Origin: an uncultured Acidobacteriota bacterium
GTDB lineage: Bacteria > Acidobacteriota > Thermoanaerobaculia > Thermoanaerobaculales > Sulfomarinibacteraceae
DNA length: 24,000 nucleotides
Direction: 5' to 3'
Assembly: GCA_963714745.1 (NCBI GenBank)
Contig: CAVQPK010000005.1
Location: 153,338 to 177,337, forward strand
Positions 9,076-16,076 of this stretch are shown piece after piece. Below the pieces are notes generated by a model. The model was not told the origin of the DNA, searched no databases, and worked only from the letters and a program-made list of their open reading frames with translations. Made by a program: the position numbers and the translations under genes. How positions within the stretch are numbered: the stretch's first letter is position 1; each line of letters begins with the position of its first letter.

Positions 9076-9139
9076 GTCGTCTCCCAGCTCAAGAGCCCTC
9101 CGCCGCAGGCGGGCGCAGGCAGGTTGCGTCAGGTCGAGT

Positions 9140-9149
9140 CAGTATACTG
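9140..9149. promoter_or_regulatory. Palindromic CAGTATACTG between divergent genes; candidate bidirectional -10
   Basis: TATACT readable on + (9143-9148) and on - (9141-9146), between genes starting at 9075 (-) and 9220 (+). Confidence 0.4.
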
Positions 9150-9219
9150 TGACGGAGACACCGAGTCGCACGAGGTCCGGGACCCCTCCCGAGGCCTCCT
9201 GAGCTCAAGGAGGTACATT

Positions 9220-9678
9220 GTGGGTCTGCTCGATTTCTTCGGAAAGTCCTTCCAGAAACAGGTCGATGAGGCACTGGCCCAGGTCAAGTCCGCGCACCCT
9301 GGTGTGAAGGCGCTGCGGGCCGACGTCGCCGGCAAAGTGGTCACACTTCGGGGTCAGGCTCCGGACAAGGAGACCCGGACCCGGGTGATGGAGGCCTTCA
9401 ACAAGCTCGTCGACACCGAGAACACCATCAATACGATCACGGTCCCGGCACCACCCCCGAAGCCCGCGGAGCCGGCGCCGACTCCAGTGGCGGCACCCGC
9501 CCCGGCGCCGGCGGCCGAACGGATCCACCAGGTCCAACCTGGAGACACGCTCGGCGCCCTGGCCCAGAAGTACTACGGCAAGGCGAGCCTCTACATGAAG
9601 ATCTTCGAGGCCAACCGGGACCAGCTCGACAACCCGGACCTGATCAAGGTCGGCCAGAAGCTCAAGATCCCGGAGTAG
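9220..9678 (+). CDS. BON domain + LysM domain protein (YgaU/Kbp-like)
   Basis: GTG start with SD AAGGAGGT (9208-9215). MGLLDFFGKSFQKQVDEALAQ...VKALRADVAGKVVTLRGQAPDKETRTRVMEAFNKLVDTENTINTI (BON), Pro/Ala linker, IHQVQPGDTLGALAQKYYGKASLYMKIFEANRDQLDNPDLIKVGQKLKIPE (LysM). Confidence 0.85.
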   Translation: MGLLDFFGKSFQKQVDEALAQVKSAHPGVKALRADVAGKVVTLRGQAPDKETRTRVMEAFNKLVDTENTINTITVPAPPPKPAEPAPTPVAAPAPAPAAERIHQVQPGDTLGALAQKYYGKASLYMKIFEANRDQLDNPDLIKVGQKLKIPE

Positions 9679-9680
9679 GT

Positions 9681-9710
9681 CGAACCACCAGCGCACCACG
9701 ACACCACGAG
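9681..9710 (+). repeat. Intergenic 8-nt-periodic repeat, copy C
   Basis: CGAACCACCAGCGCACCACGACACCACGAG starting 3 nt after the BON-LysM stop codon. Confidence 0.65.
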
Positions 9711-9951
9711 GATCGGTGGTGCTTCGGATCCTCCTCCTGCCGATCCCGGGACGGGAGCAGAGGGAGAACGCCCGGACGCCACGAGGGCAGCGCTCGTTCG
9801 GCCGGTGCTCCCGATCCCAAAACGGGCGGAAGGGATGAACGCAGGGGCTCAGAGCGGGCAGTGGTGGATTCCACGAATCCGTGGCATCCCGGGTCCCCGA
9901 CCGCTGCCGGGCTGACGAGCGGGCGAGGACCTTCCCGGAGCGGCAGGCCCC

Positions 9952-9968
9952 GCCGCGCACAGCGCGGC
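9952..9968 (+). other. GC hairpin GCCGCG-CACAG-CGCGGC
   Basis: Perfect 6-bp stem, 5-nt loop between convergent genes; no T-run follows. Confidence 0.35.
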
Positions 9969-10010
9969 CCCGGCAGCCGGAGGGACCCCACCGGCGGCAC
10001 CCTTCCCTGC

Positions 10011-10035
10011 GACACCTCCGTGCCTCTGTGGCTCA
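10011..10035 (-). repeat. Degenerate related repeat, copy E (CACAGAGGCACGGAG subtype)
   Basis: GACACCTCCGTGCCTCTGTGGCTCA; reverse complement TGAGCCACAGAGGCACGGAGGTGTC resembles the other copies. Confidence 0.45.
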
Positions 10036-10081
10036 TCGCCCGCGACCCGGGATCCGCCCACCGCTCCGACCGACCGACACC

Positions 10082-10112
10082 CTCGTGGTGTCGTGGTGTC
10101 TTCGTGGTTCAG
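10082..10112 (-). repeat. Intergenic 8-nt-periodic repeat, copy D (inverted relative to C)
   Basis: CTCGTGGTGTCGTGGTGTCTTCGTGGTTCAG; reverse complement CTGAACCACGAAGACACCACGACACCACGAG, with its TGA being the GHMP kinase stop codon. Confidence 0.7.
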
Positions 10113-11101
10113 CCGACCTGCCGGACGCACACGCCCTCGTTCGCCAGGCCGCGGGCGAGCACCCGGGCCCCGGGCGCGGCGGCGAGCAGCGCCGCCTCGA
10201 TGGCACCACGCTGCTCCGGTGGGTGCCACAGCAGCAGGCTGCCGCCGCCCCCGGCGCCGCAGGCCTTGACCGCCGCGGCCCCGGCCGTGAGCGCCTCGTC
10301 GGCGAGGTGGGCGAGCTCCGGCGGGCAGACCTCGGGCGCCAGGCGCCTCCGGGCGGACCACTCGGCGGCGATCGCCTCGCCGACCGCGGCCTCATCCCCG
10401 GCCAGGAGCGCCCACCGGCACCGGACCGCGGCCGCCGCGATCTCCTCGAGGGCGATGACGGTCTCGAGCTCACCGTCGAGCCGGCGGCGGATGACCTGCC
10501 AGTTGACCATCCCGCTGGCGTGGGTGATCCCCGAGAACAGAACCGTCAGCCGCTCCCCCACCCAGACGGGATCGACCCCGAGACGTTCGACCCTCACCCG
10601 CCCCGGTTCGAGGTGGAGGCTCAGCACCCCTCCCCGCACCGCCGCCCAGTGGTCCTGACACCCGGTGGGCACGGCGAGCACCCTGGCCTCGAGGTCCCGC
10701 AGGATCGCCACCAGGTCCTCGTCCGGTACCTCGCGATCCTCGACCGCCAGCAGCGCCCGGGCGAGCGCGACGGCGTAGCACGAGGATCCCCCGAGACCCG
10801 ATCCTACCGGCGCCTGTGCGGCGACCCGAACCCTGAACCCCCGTGACCGGTTGACGAAGTTCGCCACCACCGCGGTCAGGTCGTGCGGGTCGTCGCGGTC
10901 GAGGCGCGCGAAGGGCGCATCGCCCACCGCGTGCCACACGTCGCCGGCGGGGGCCCCGTCATCGACCCGAACCCGCACCCGCAGCTCGAGTGCGGCGTTG
11001 ACGGTGACCGCGCCGGGATGCAGCAGTCCGAGCGGCCAGATGTCGAGGGTCCCGCCCGCGAGATCGGCCCGGTACGGGGCTGTCGCGTCAGCAGCGCGCA
11101 C
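10109..11101 (-). CDS. GHMP-family sugar kinase (heptose-7-phosphate kinase-like)
   Basis: ATAPYRADLAGGTLDIWPLGLLHPGAVTVNAAL... , VAAQAPVGSGLGGSSCYAVALARALLA (GHMP motif 2), HASGMVNWQVIRR, AGAAAVKACGAGGGGSLLLW. GTG at 11101 overlaps the M23 gene end. Confidence 0.8.
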   Translation of the reverse strand: MRAADATAPYRADLAGGTLDIWPLGLLHPGAVTVNAALELRVRVRVDDGAPAGDVWHAVGDAPFARLDRDDPHDLTAVVANFVNRSRGFRVRVAAQAPVGSGLGGSSCYAVALARALLAVEDREVPDEDLVAILRDLEARVLAVPTGCQDHWAAVRGGVLSLHLEPGRVRVERLGVDPVWVGERLTVLFSGITHASGMVNWQVIRRRLDGELETVIALEEIAAAAVRCRWALLAGDEAAVGEAIAAEWSARRRLAPEVCPPELAHLADEALTAGAAAVKACGAGGGGSLLLWHPPEQRGAIEAALLAAAPGARVLARGLANEGVCVRQVG

Positions 11102-12305
11102 CGAGCGGCGGCTCCCGACCTTCGAGCAGCTCCGTGATCGCGATGGCGTGCTGGAGGTAGCGCCCGATCCGCTCCTCGGCAAGCGGCTTCGCAGGCGGCG
11201 ACGAGATCGTCAGCGGGTTGATCCAGCGGCCGTTCTGCTTCACCCGGTAGTCGAGGTGGGGTCCGGTCGCCCACCCGGTCGCGCCGACGTACCCGATCAC
11301 CTGCCCCTGCCGCACCCTCACCCCCCGCTTCACACCGGGTCCGTAGCGGCTGAGGTGGAGGTAGCTGGTCTCGTACCCGTTCGGGTGGCGCACCGTGACC
11401 ATGTTGCCCGCCCCGCCGTTGCGCCCGGCAAAGGTCACGGTGCCGTCGGCGGTGACCAGCGCGGGGGTGCCCACCGGCGCCCCGTAGTCGACTCCGTAGT
11501 GCGGCATGCGACGCTTGAGCACCGGGTGGAACCGTCCTCCGGAGAAGCGCGAGGTGATGCGGCTGAACTTCAACGGTGAGCGCAGGAACTGCTTCTCGAG
11601 CGGGTGACCCTCGAGGTCGTAGTAGCCGATCCTGCCGTCGTCATCCTGGTAGGCGATGGCGTTGAGCGACCGCCCCCGGTTGGTGAAACGAGCGGCGAAG
11701 ATCTGTCCGTACTCATAGAAGGCGCCCTCGACCGAGCGCTCCTCGACCACCACCACGAACCCGTCCCCGACCCGCAGGTCACGCAGGAAATCGATGTCCC
11801 ACTGGAAGATCTGCGCGAGCTCCACGGCCAGCTCGGGGCGTCCGCCGGCCCCTTCGACCGCTTCGAAGAGCGAGGAGGAGATTCCGCCCTCGAGCCGTAC
11901 GACCTCGACCTCCAGGTCCCGCTCGATCCGCTCGACCAGGATCCGGTCGCCCTCCCGGGCGAACCGGAGCTCGCGTCTCAGGTCGAGGGTCACCGCCAGC
12001 GTCGCCAGCCGACCCATGGAGTCGAGGGCTCCGTCGAACCGTGTTCCGGGCTGGAGCCGTCGCGGGTCGAGCTCGTCGCTCAAGGCGGCCGACCAGAGCG
12101 GCCACTCGGGACCGGCCAGGCGCCGGCACACGCTCTCGAAGGTGTCGCCTGCCGCCACCTCCGTCGCCACCGGGGGACGGTAGGCCGCGAGCGGCTCGAC
12201 CTCGATCCCGGGCCCGCGATCGGCCGAGACCGGCGTGCCGCACGCGAGGCCCAGACTCACTGCAAGGGGCAGCAGCAGCATGCACCATCTCACCGTGACG
12301 CCCAC
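11088..12305 (-). CDS. M23-family metallopeptidase (MepM/murein endopeptidase-like)
   Basis: KFSRITSRFSGGRFHPVLKRRMPHYGVDYGAPVGTPALVTADGTVTFAG...GNMVTVRHPNGYETSYLHLSRYGPGVKRGVRVRQGQVIGYVGATGWATGPHLDYRVKQNG; hydrophobic N-terminus. Exact start uncertain. Confidence 0.9.
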   Translation of the reverse strand: MGVTVRWCMLLLPLAVSLGLACGTPVSADRGPGIEVEPLAAYRPPVATEVAAGDTFESVCRRLAGPEWPLWSAALSDELDPRRLQPGTRFDGALDSMGRLATLAVTLDLRRELRFAREGDRILVERIERDLEVEVVRLEGGISSSLFEAVEGAGGRPELAVELAQIFQWDIDFLRDLRVGDGFVVVVEERSVEGAFYEYGQIFAARFTNRGRSLNAIAYQDDDGRIGYYDLEGHPLEKQFLRSPLKFSRITSRFSGGRFHPVLKRRMPHYGVDYGAPVGTPALVTADGTVTFAGRNGGAGNMVTVRHPNGYETSYLHLSRYGPGVKRGVRVRQGQVIGYVGATGWATGPHLDYRVKQNGRWINPLTISSPPAKPLAEERIGRYLQHAIAITELLEGREPPLGARC

Positions 12306-12742
12306 CGTCGCAGCGCCTGCGCCGAGACGTCGAGCTCTGCCGCGAGCCGCCCATCCGCCTCCACCACCACCAGAGTCGGGACCCGGATCAGCCGGTAGCT
12401 CTTGAGCAACCCGCCGTGGCGATCATGCAGCCAGGCGACCTTGCGGCGCTCCAGGCTTCGCCTCGAGTCCTCGAGCGGCTCCTGGACCGCGACCAGCACC
12501 AGCGCGATCTCGAGCTCCCGGCAGGCCGCGGCGAGTGGCTCGAGCTCCGCCAGCACCGCTCCCGACGTCGGGCTCCACGACGCCCACAGCACGACCGCGG
12601 TCCGGCCGTGCTCGCCGAGCCACTCGCTCCACTCGGTCACTCCGCCGTCCGGCCGGGTCAGCACCGGTCCCTCCGCGGTGGCGGCGGGCAGGCTGATGGC
12701 CGCCGCAACGGCGACCGAGGCGATTCGAGCCATGACTCTCAT
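12290..12742 (-). CDS. Secreted thioredoxin-fold (TlpA-like) protein without CxxC
   Basis: Signal-like MRVMARIASVAVAAAISLPAATAEG then GRTAVVLWASWSPTSGAVLAELEPLAAACRELEIALVLVAVQE...LIRVPTLVVVEADG. Confidence 0.6.
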   Translation of the reverse strand: MRVMARIASVAVAAAISLPAATAEGPVLTRPDGGVTEWSEWLGEHGRTAVVLWASWSPTSGAVLAELEPLAAACRELEIALVLVAVQEPLEDSRRSLERRKVAWLHDRHGGLLKSYRLIRVPTLVVVEADGRLAAELDVSAQALRRWASR

Positions 12743-12831
12743 CGGCGACAGTATACCGGCCGCCGGAGACGCGACGCGCGGGGCCCGGATCACGGACCCC
12801 GCGCGATGACCGCTCGAGAGCGGATGCGGGC

Positions 12832-13146
12832 TCAGCCGCCCAGAATCAGGAACGCGATGATGAGCGCGTAGATGACCAGCGACTCGATGAGCGCCAATCC
12901 GATGATCATCGTGATGCGGATCGGACCCACGGCCCCGGGGTTGCGCCCGATGGCTTCGCAGGCCGCCGCCAGACCGCGCGCCTGGCCGAGCGCGCCGAAC
13001 GCCGCCGCGATGCCGATGGCAAAGGCGGCCCCGACGAACTGCCACATGTTCTTTCCGACGGCGGCACCCTGCTCAGCAGCCATTGCCGGCGAGGCCATCG
13101 CCAGGGCCACCAGAACCACCGCCACGATCGCAAGACGTCGACTCAT
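12832..13146 (-). CDS. atpE: F-type ATP synthase subunit c, with predicted signal peptide
   Basis: MSRRLAIVAVVLVALAMASPAMAAEQGAAVGKNMWQFVGAAFAIGIAAAFGALGQARGLAAACEAIGRNPGAVGPIRITMIIGLALIESLVIYALIIAFLILGG*. Confidence 0.93.
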   Translation of the reverse strand: MSRRLAIVAVVLVALAMASPAMAAEQGAAVGKNMWQFVGAAFAIGIAAAFGALGQARGLAAACEAIGRNPGAVGPIRITMIIGLALIESLVIYALIIAFLILGG

Positions 13147-13169
13147 GTCACCCTCCTCACGGGTCTGAT

Positions 13170-13940
13170 CTAGTGTTCCTCGTGCGCGACGGCCCCCTGG
13201 ATGTAGGCCATCGTCAGCATGATGAAGATGAACGCCTGGAGTAACGAACCGAAGATGCCGAGGCCCATCATCGGCCACGGAAGCAGGAACGGGAACATGC
13301 CGAAGAAGATCAGGGTCGCGGTGTGCTCGCCGGAGATGTTCCCGAACAGCCGAAGCGCCAGCGACAGGATGCGAGCGAGGTGCGAGATGATCTCGATCGG
13401 GACCATGATCGGAGCCAGAAGCGGCAGCGGCCCAGCGAAGTGCTTGACGTAGCGGACGATTCCCTGCTCGCGCACGCCCACGATATTGTAGAAGAGGAAC
13501 GCGGTGATCGACAGCGCGAAGGTGGTCGAGGTCACCTGGGTCGGCGGCTGAAGGAAGAAGAACAAGCCGAAGATGTTGCAGGTGAAGATGAAGACCGCGA
13601 GCGTTCCGATGAAGCCGAGGAACCGCTTGCCGGCGCCGTGACCGACCACATCCTCGAGCAGCGTTCCGAGGCCGTCGACGGTGAGCTCCAGCACCTGTTG
13701 CAGCTTTCCGGGCTCACCGACCGAGAGCTTCCGGCTCACGGGAACCACCGCGAGCGCGATCACCGCCACCGCGAGCATCGCCATGATGACGTGATCGGGC
13801 AGCCAGAAGACCTGGCCGTGCTGCGCGCCCATCAGCGCGAGCCATCGCTCGGGGGGCTCTCCGAAGAGGACGATCAGGAGCTTGTTGACCGGTCCGTACA
13901 GGTACGAGTAATGGTGCTCCAAGTCAACCTCCTCCGACAC
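13170..13940 (-). CDS. atpB: F-type ATP synthase subunit a
   Basis: IMVPIEIISHLARILSLALRLFGNISGEHTATLIFF, containing the conserved Arg region of subunit a. Confidence 0.93.
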   Translation of the reverse strand: MSEEVDLEHHYSYLYGPVNKLLIVLFGEPPERWLALMGAQHGQVFWLPDHVIMAMLAVAVIALAVVPVSRKLSVGEPGKLQQVLELTVDGLGTLLEDVVGHGAGKRFLGFIGTLAVFIFTCNIFGLFFFLQPPTQVTSTTFALSITAFLFYNIVGVREQGIVRYVKHFAGPLPLLAPIMVPIEIISHLARILSLALRLFGNISGEHTATLIFFGMFPFLLPWPMMGLGIFGSLLQAFIFIMLTMAYIQGAVAHEEH

Positions 13941-14307
13941 GCGCCGAGCGGATGCCCTCGATCACGAGCGCCACCACCAGGGCGGAGAACCCGAGCGCGA
14001 CGGCCACCGCGTCGATCTCGGGTACCAGAACCACTGCTGCGAGAACGGCCCCGAGGAGGGCCAACCGAGCCACGAAACGGAACAGGGACCAGCGGTCAAA
14101 TCTCGGTTCTCCGGGTTGAATCACGCGGGTGAGCACGTCCTCCAGCCAGCGGAAGTTGATGATAGCCACCAGACCCGCCCCGGTCAAGCTCGCCGCTCCA
14201 GTAAAGGAACGTCGCAAGATGAGCTCGCAGATCGCGCCGATCACCACGAGGCCTCCCGCCCACCGGGCAACCCGGCGCGGAGAGAAGCCGGCGACCTCAC
14301 TCGGCAC
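13924..14307 (-). CDS. ATP synthase I-like small membrane protein
   Basis: Hydrophobic 127 aa protein (GAASLTGAGLVAIINFRWLEDVL...) between atpB and an AtpZ-like gene. Confidence 0.55.
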   Translation of the reverse strand: MPSEVAGFSPRRVARWAGGLVVIGAICELILRRSFTGAASLTGAGLVAIINFRWLEDVLTRVIQPGEPRFDRWSLFRFVARLALLGAVLAAVVLVPEIDAVAVALGFSALVVALVIEGIRSARVGGG

Positions 14308-14572
14308 CGTCCCGCTCCTTCCCGACAGCTTCTTCGGCGTCGAGCGTCTCCTCCTTCTCGGCGGCCCCGGCGGAGATCCGGAACAGGTTGACGAAGCCGG
14401 CGATGATCCCGAACAGGGTGAAGAGCCCGGTCAACCACGGCCAGGTGCCGAGGTGACGGTCCATCCACCTTCCCCAGAGGAAGCCGAGGGTGATTGCGAC
14501 CGGGAACTGGATGCCGATGATCGAGGCGTCGACCCAGTTGCTGGCGCGGCGCAGCGTGCGCTTGCGGCTCAT
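14297..14572 (-). CDS. atpZ: AtpZ-type F0F1 assembly/accessory subunit
   Basis: NWVDASIIGIQFPVAITLGFLWGRWMDRHLGTWPWLTGLFTLFGIIAGFVNLFRI; SD GGAGGT just upstream of ATG 14572. Confidence 0.65.
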   Translation of the reverse strand: MSRKRTLRRASNWVDASIIGIQFPVAITLGFLWGRWMDRHLGTWPWLTGLFTLFGIIAGFVNLFRISAGAAEKEETLDAEEAVGKERDGAE

Positions 14573-14615
14573 GTCGACCTCCACCGTCGCGAGTCGTGCG
14601 GTCCGAAGCCACGGA

Positions 14616-16073
14616 CTACTGCAGCCCGAGTGCGTTGAGCCCGCTCTGTGCCCAGGCCACCACCGGCGCCGGCCAGACCCCGATCGCCAGCGTCACCACG
14701 GCGCACACACCGAGCATCGCCTCGAGCCAACGGTCCCGCGCCAGCGGCGCCGGCTGGTCCTCGGGACCGTCCTTGAGGTACATCTGCACCACCAGCCGGA
14801 AGTAGTAGTAGAGCGACACCGCTGACATCAGCAGGCCGACCACCGCGAGCCAGGCGTAGCCGGCCTGGATCGCGGCCGCGAACAGGTAGAGCTTGCCCAT
14901 GAAACCGGCGGTCGGCGGGATCCCGGTCAGAGACAGCAGGAAGAGCAGCATGCCGGCCGCCGCCGCCGGGTAGCGCCGTGCGAGCCCGGCGTAGTCGTCG
15001 ATGGTTTCGCCGGCATAGCCGCGGGTCTCGAGCAGGATCACGAACCCGAACGCACCGAGGTTCATGAACGCGTAGACCAGCATGTACATGAGCACCGACC
15101 AGGTGCCCATCGCGGAGACCGCGGCCAGCCCCATGAGGGCATAGCCGGCGTGCGCGATCGACGAGTAGGCCAGCATTCTCTTGACGTTCGTCTGGGTCAG
15201 TGCGGCGACGTTGCCGTAGACCATGGTCAGCGCCGCGGCGACGATCAGCACCACCCGCCACTGGTCCGCCTCGGGCGCGAAGGTGCCGGCGAAGAGACGC
15301 AGGAAGATGGCGAACGCGGCCGCCTTCGGACCCACCGACATGAACGCGGTCACCGGCGTCGGCGCCCCCTCGTAGGCATCCGGCGTCCAGACGTGGAACG
15401 GAACCGCGGCGACCTTGAACAGCATCCCGAACCCGACCAGCAGGATCCCGAGCATGACCAAGAGGTCGCCGTCGGGGGCGGCCGCGAGGCCGCTGCGGAT
15501 GGCGGTGAGATCCAGCGTGCCGAGGGCGCCGTAGAGCAGCGAGATGCCGTACAGCAGCACGCCGGAGGACAGGGCGCCGAGCACGAAGTACTTGACCGCA
15601 CCCTCGTTCGACTTGTGCTCGAGCTTGAAGTAGCCCACCAGCACGTAAACCGAGAGCGCCATCAGCTCGAGACCGACGTAGAGGCTGGCCAGGTTCGCGG
15701 CCGACACCATGACGAACATGCCGGCGGTGGCGAAGAGGACCAACGACACGTACTCGCCGGCCCCGTACCGTGAGCGCTCCAGATAGCCGGCCGACATCAG
15801 CAGGGCGATCGCCGACGCGGCAGCGAGCAGGAGCTTGAAGTAGAACCCGAACCCGTCGATCACCAGCATGTCGCCGAGGATCGTTCGTGGCTCGCCGTCG
15901 GGGCGGGCGACCAGCCACACCAGCAGCACGGTCAGGGCGAGGCCGCCGACTCCCGTGAGCAGCATCGCCCGGATGCCGCTCTTTCCCCAGGCCACTCCGG
16001 CGACCAGGAGAATGAAGCCCACGACCGAGAGCACGATCTCGGGCAGGAACGGAACGAAGTCCGTCAGGCTCAT
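14616..16073 (-). CDS. nuoN: NADH-quinone oxidoreductase subunit N
   Basis: GYFKLEHKSNEGAVKYFVLGALSSGVLLYGISLLYG...PFHVWTPDAYEGAPTPVTAFMSVGPKAAAFAI. Confidence 0.95.
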   Translation of the reverse strand: MSLTDFVPFLPEIVLSVVGFILLVAGVAWGKSGIRAMLLTGVGGLALTVLLVWLVARPDGEPRTILGDMLVIDGFGFYFKLLLAAASAIALLMSAGYLERSRYGAGEYVSLVLFATAGMFVMVSAANLASLYVGLELMALSVYVLVGYFKLEHKSNEGAVKYFVLGALSSGVLLYGISLLYGALGTLDLTAIRSGLAAAPDGDLLVMLGILLVGFGMLFKVAAVPFHVWTPDAYEGAPTPVTAFMSVGPKAAAFAIFLRLFAGTFAPEADQWRVVLIVAAALTMVYGNVAALTQTNVKRMLAYSSIAHAGYALMGLAAVSAMGTWSVLMYMLVYAFMNLGAFGFVILLETRGYAGETIDDYAGLARRYPAAAAGMLLFLLSLTGIPPTAGFMGKLYLFAAAIQAGYAWLAVVGLLMSAVSLYYYFRLVVQMYLKDGPEDQPAPLARDRWLEAMLGVCAVVTLAIGVWPAPVVAWAQSGLNALGLQ

Positions 16074-16076
16074 CGC

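Noticed and set aside
9952-9968. GC hairpin as an intrinsic terminator
   Set aside because: No downstream U-tract on either strand, short 6-bp stem; termination role unsupported.
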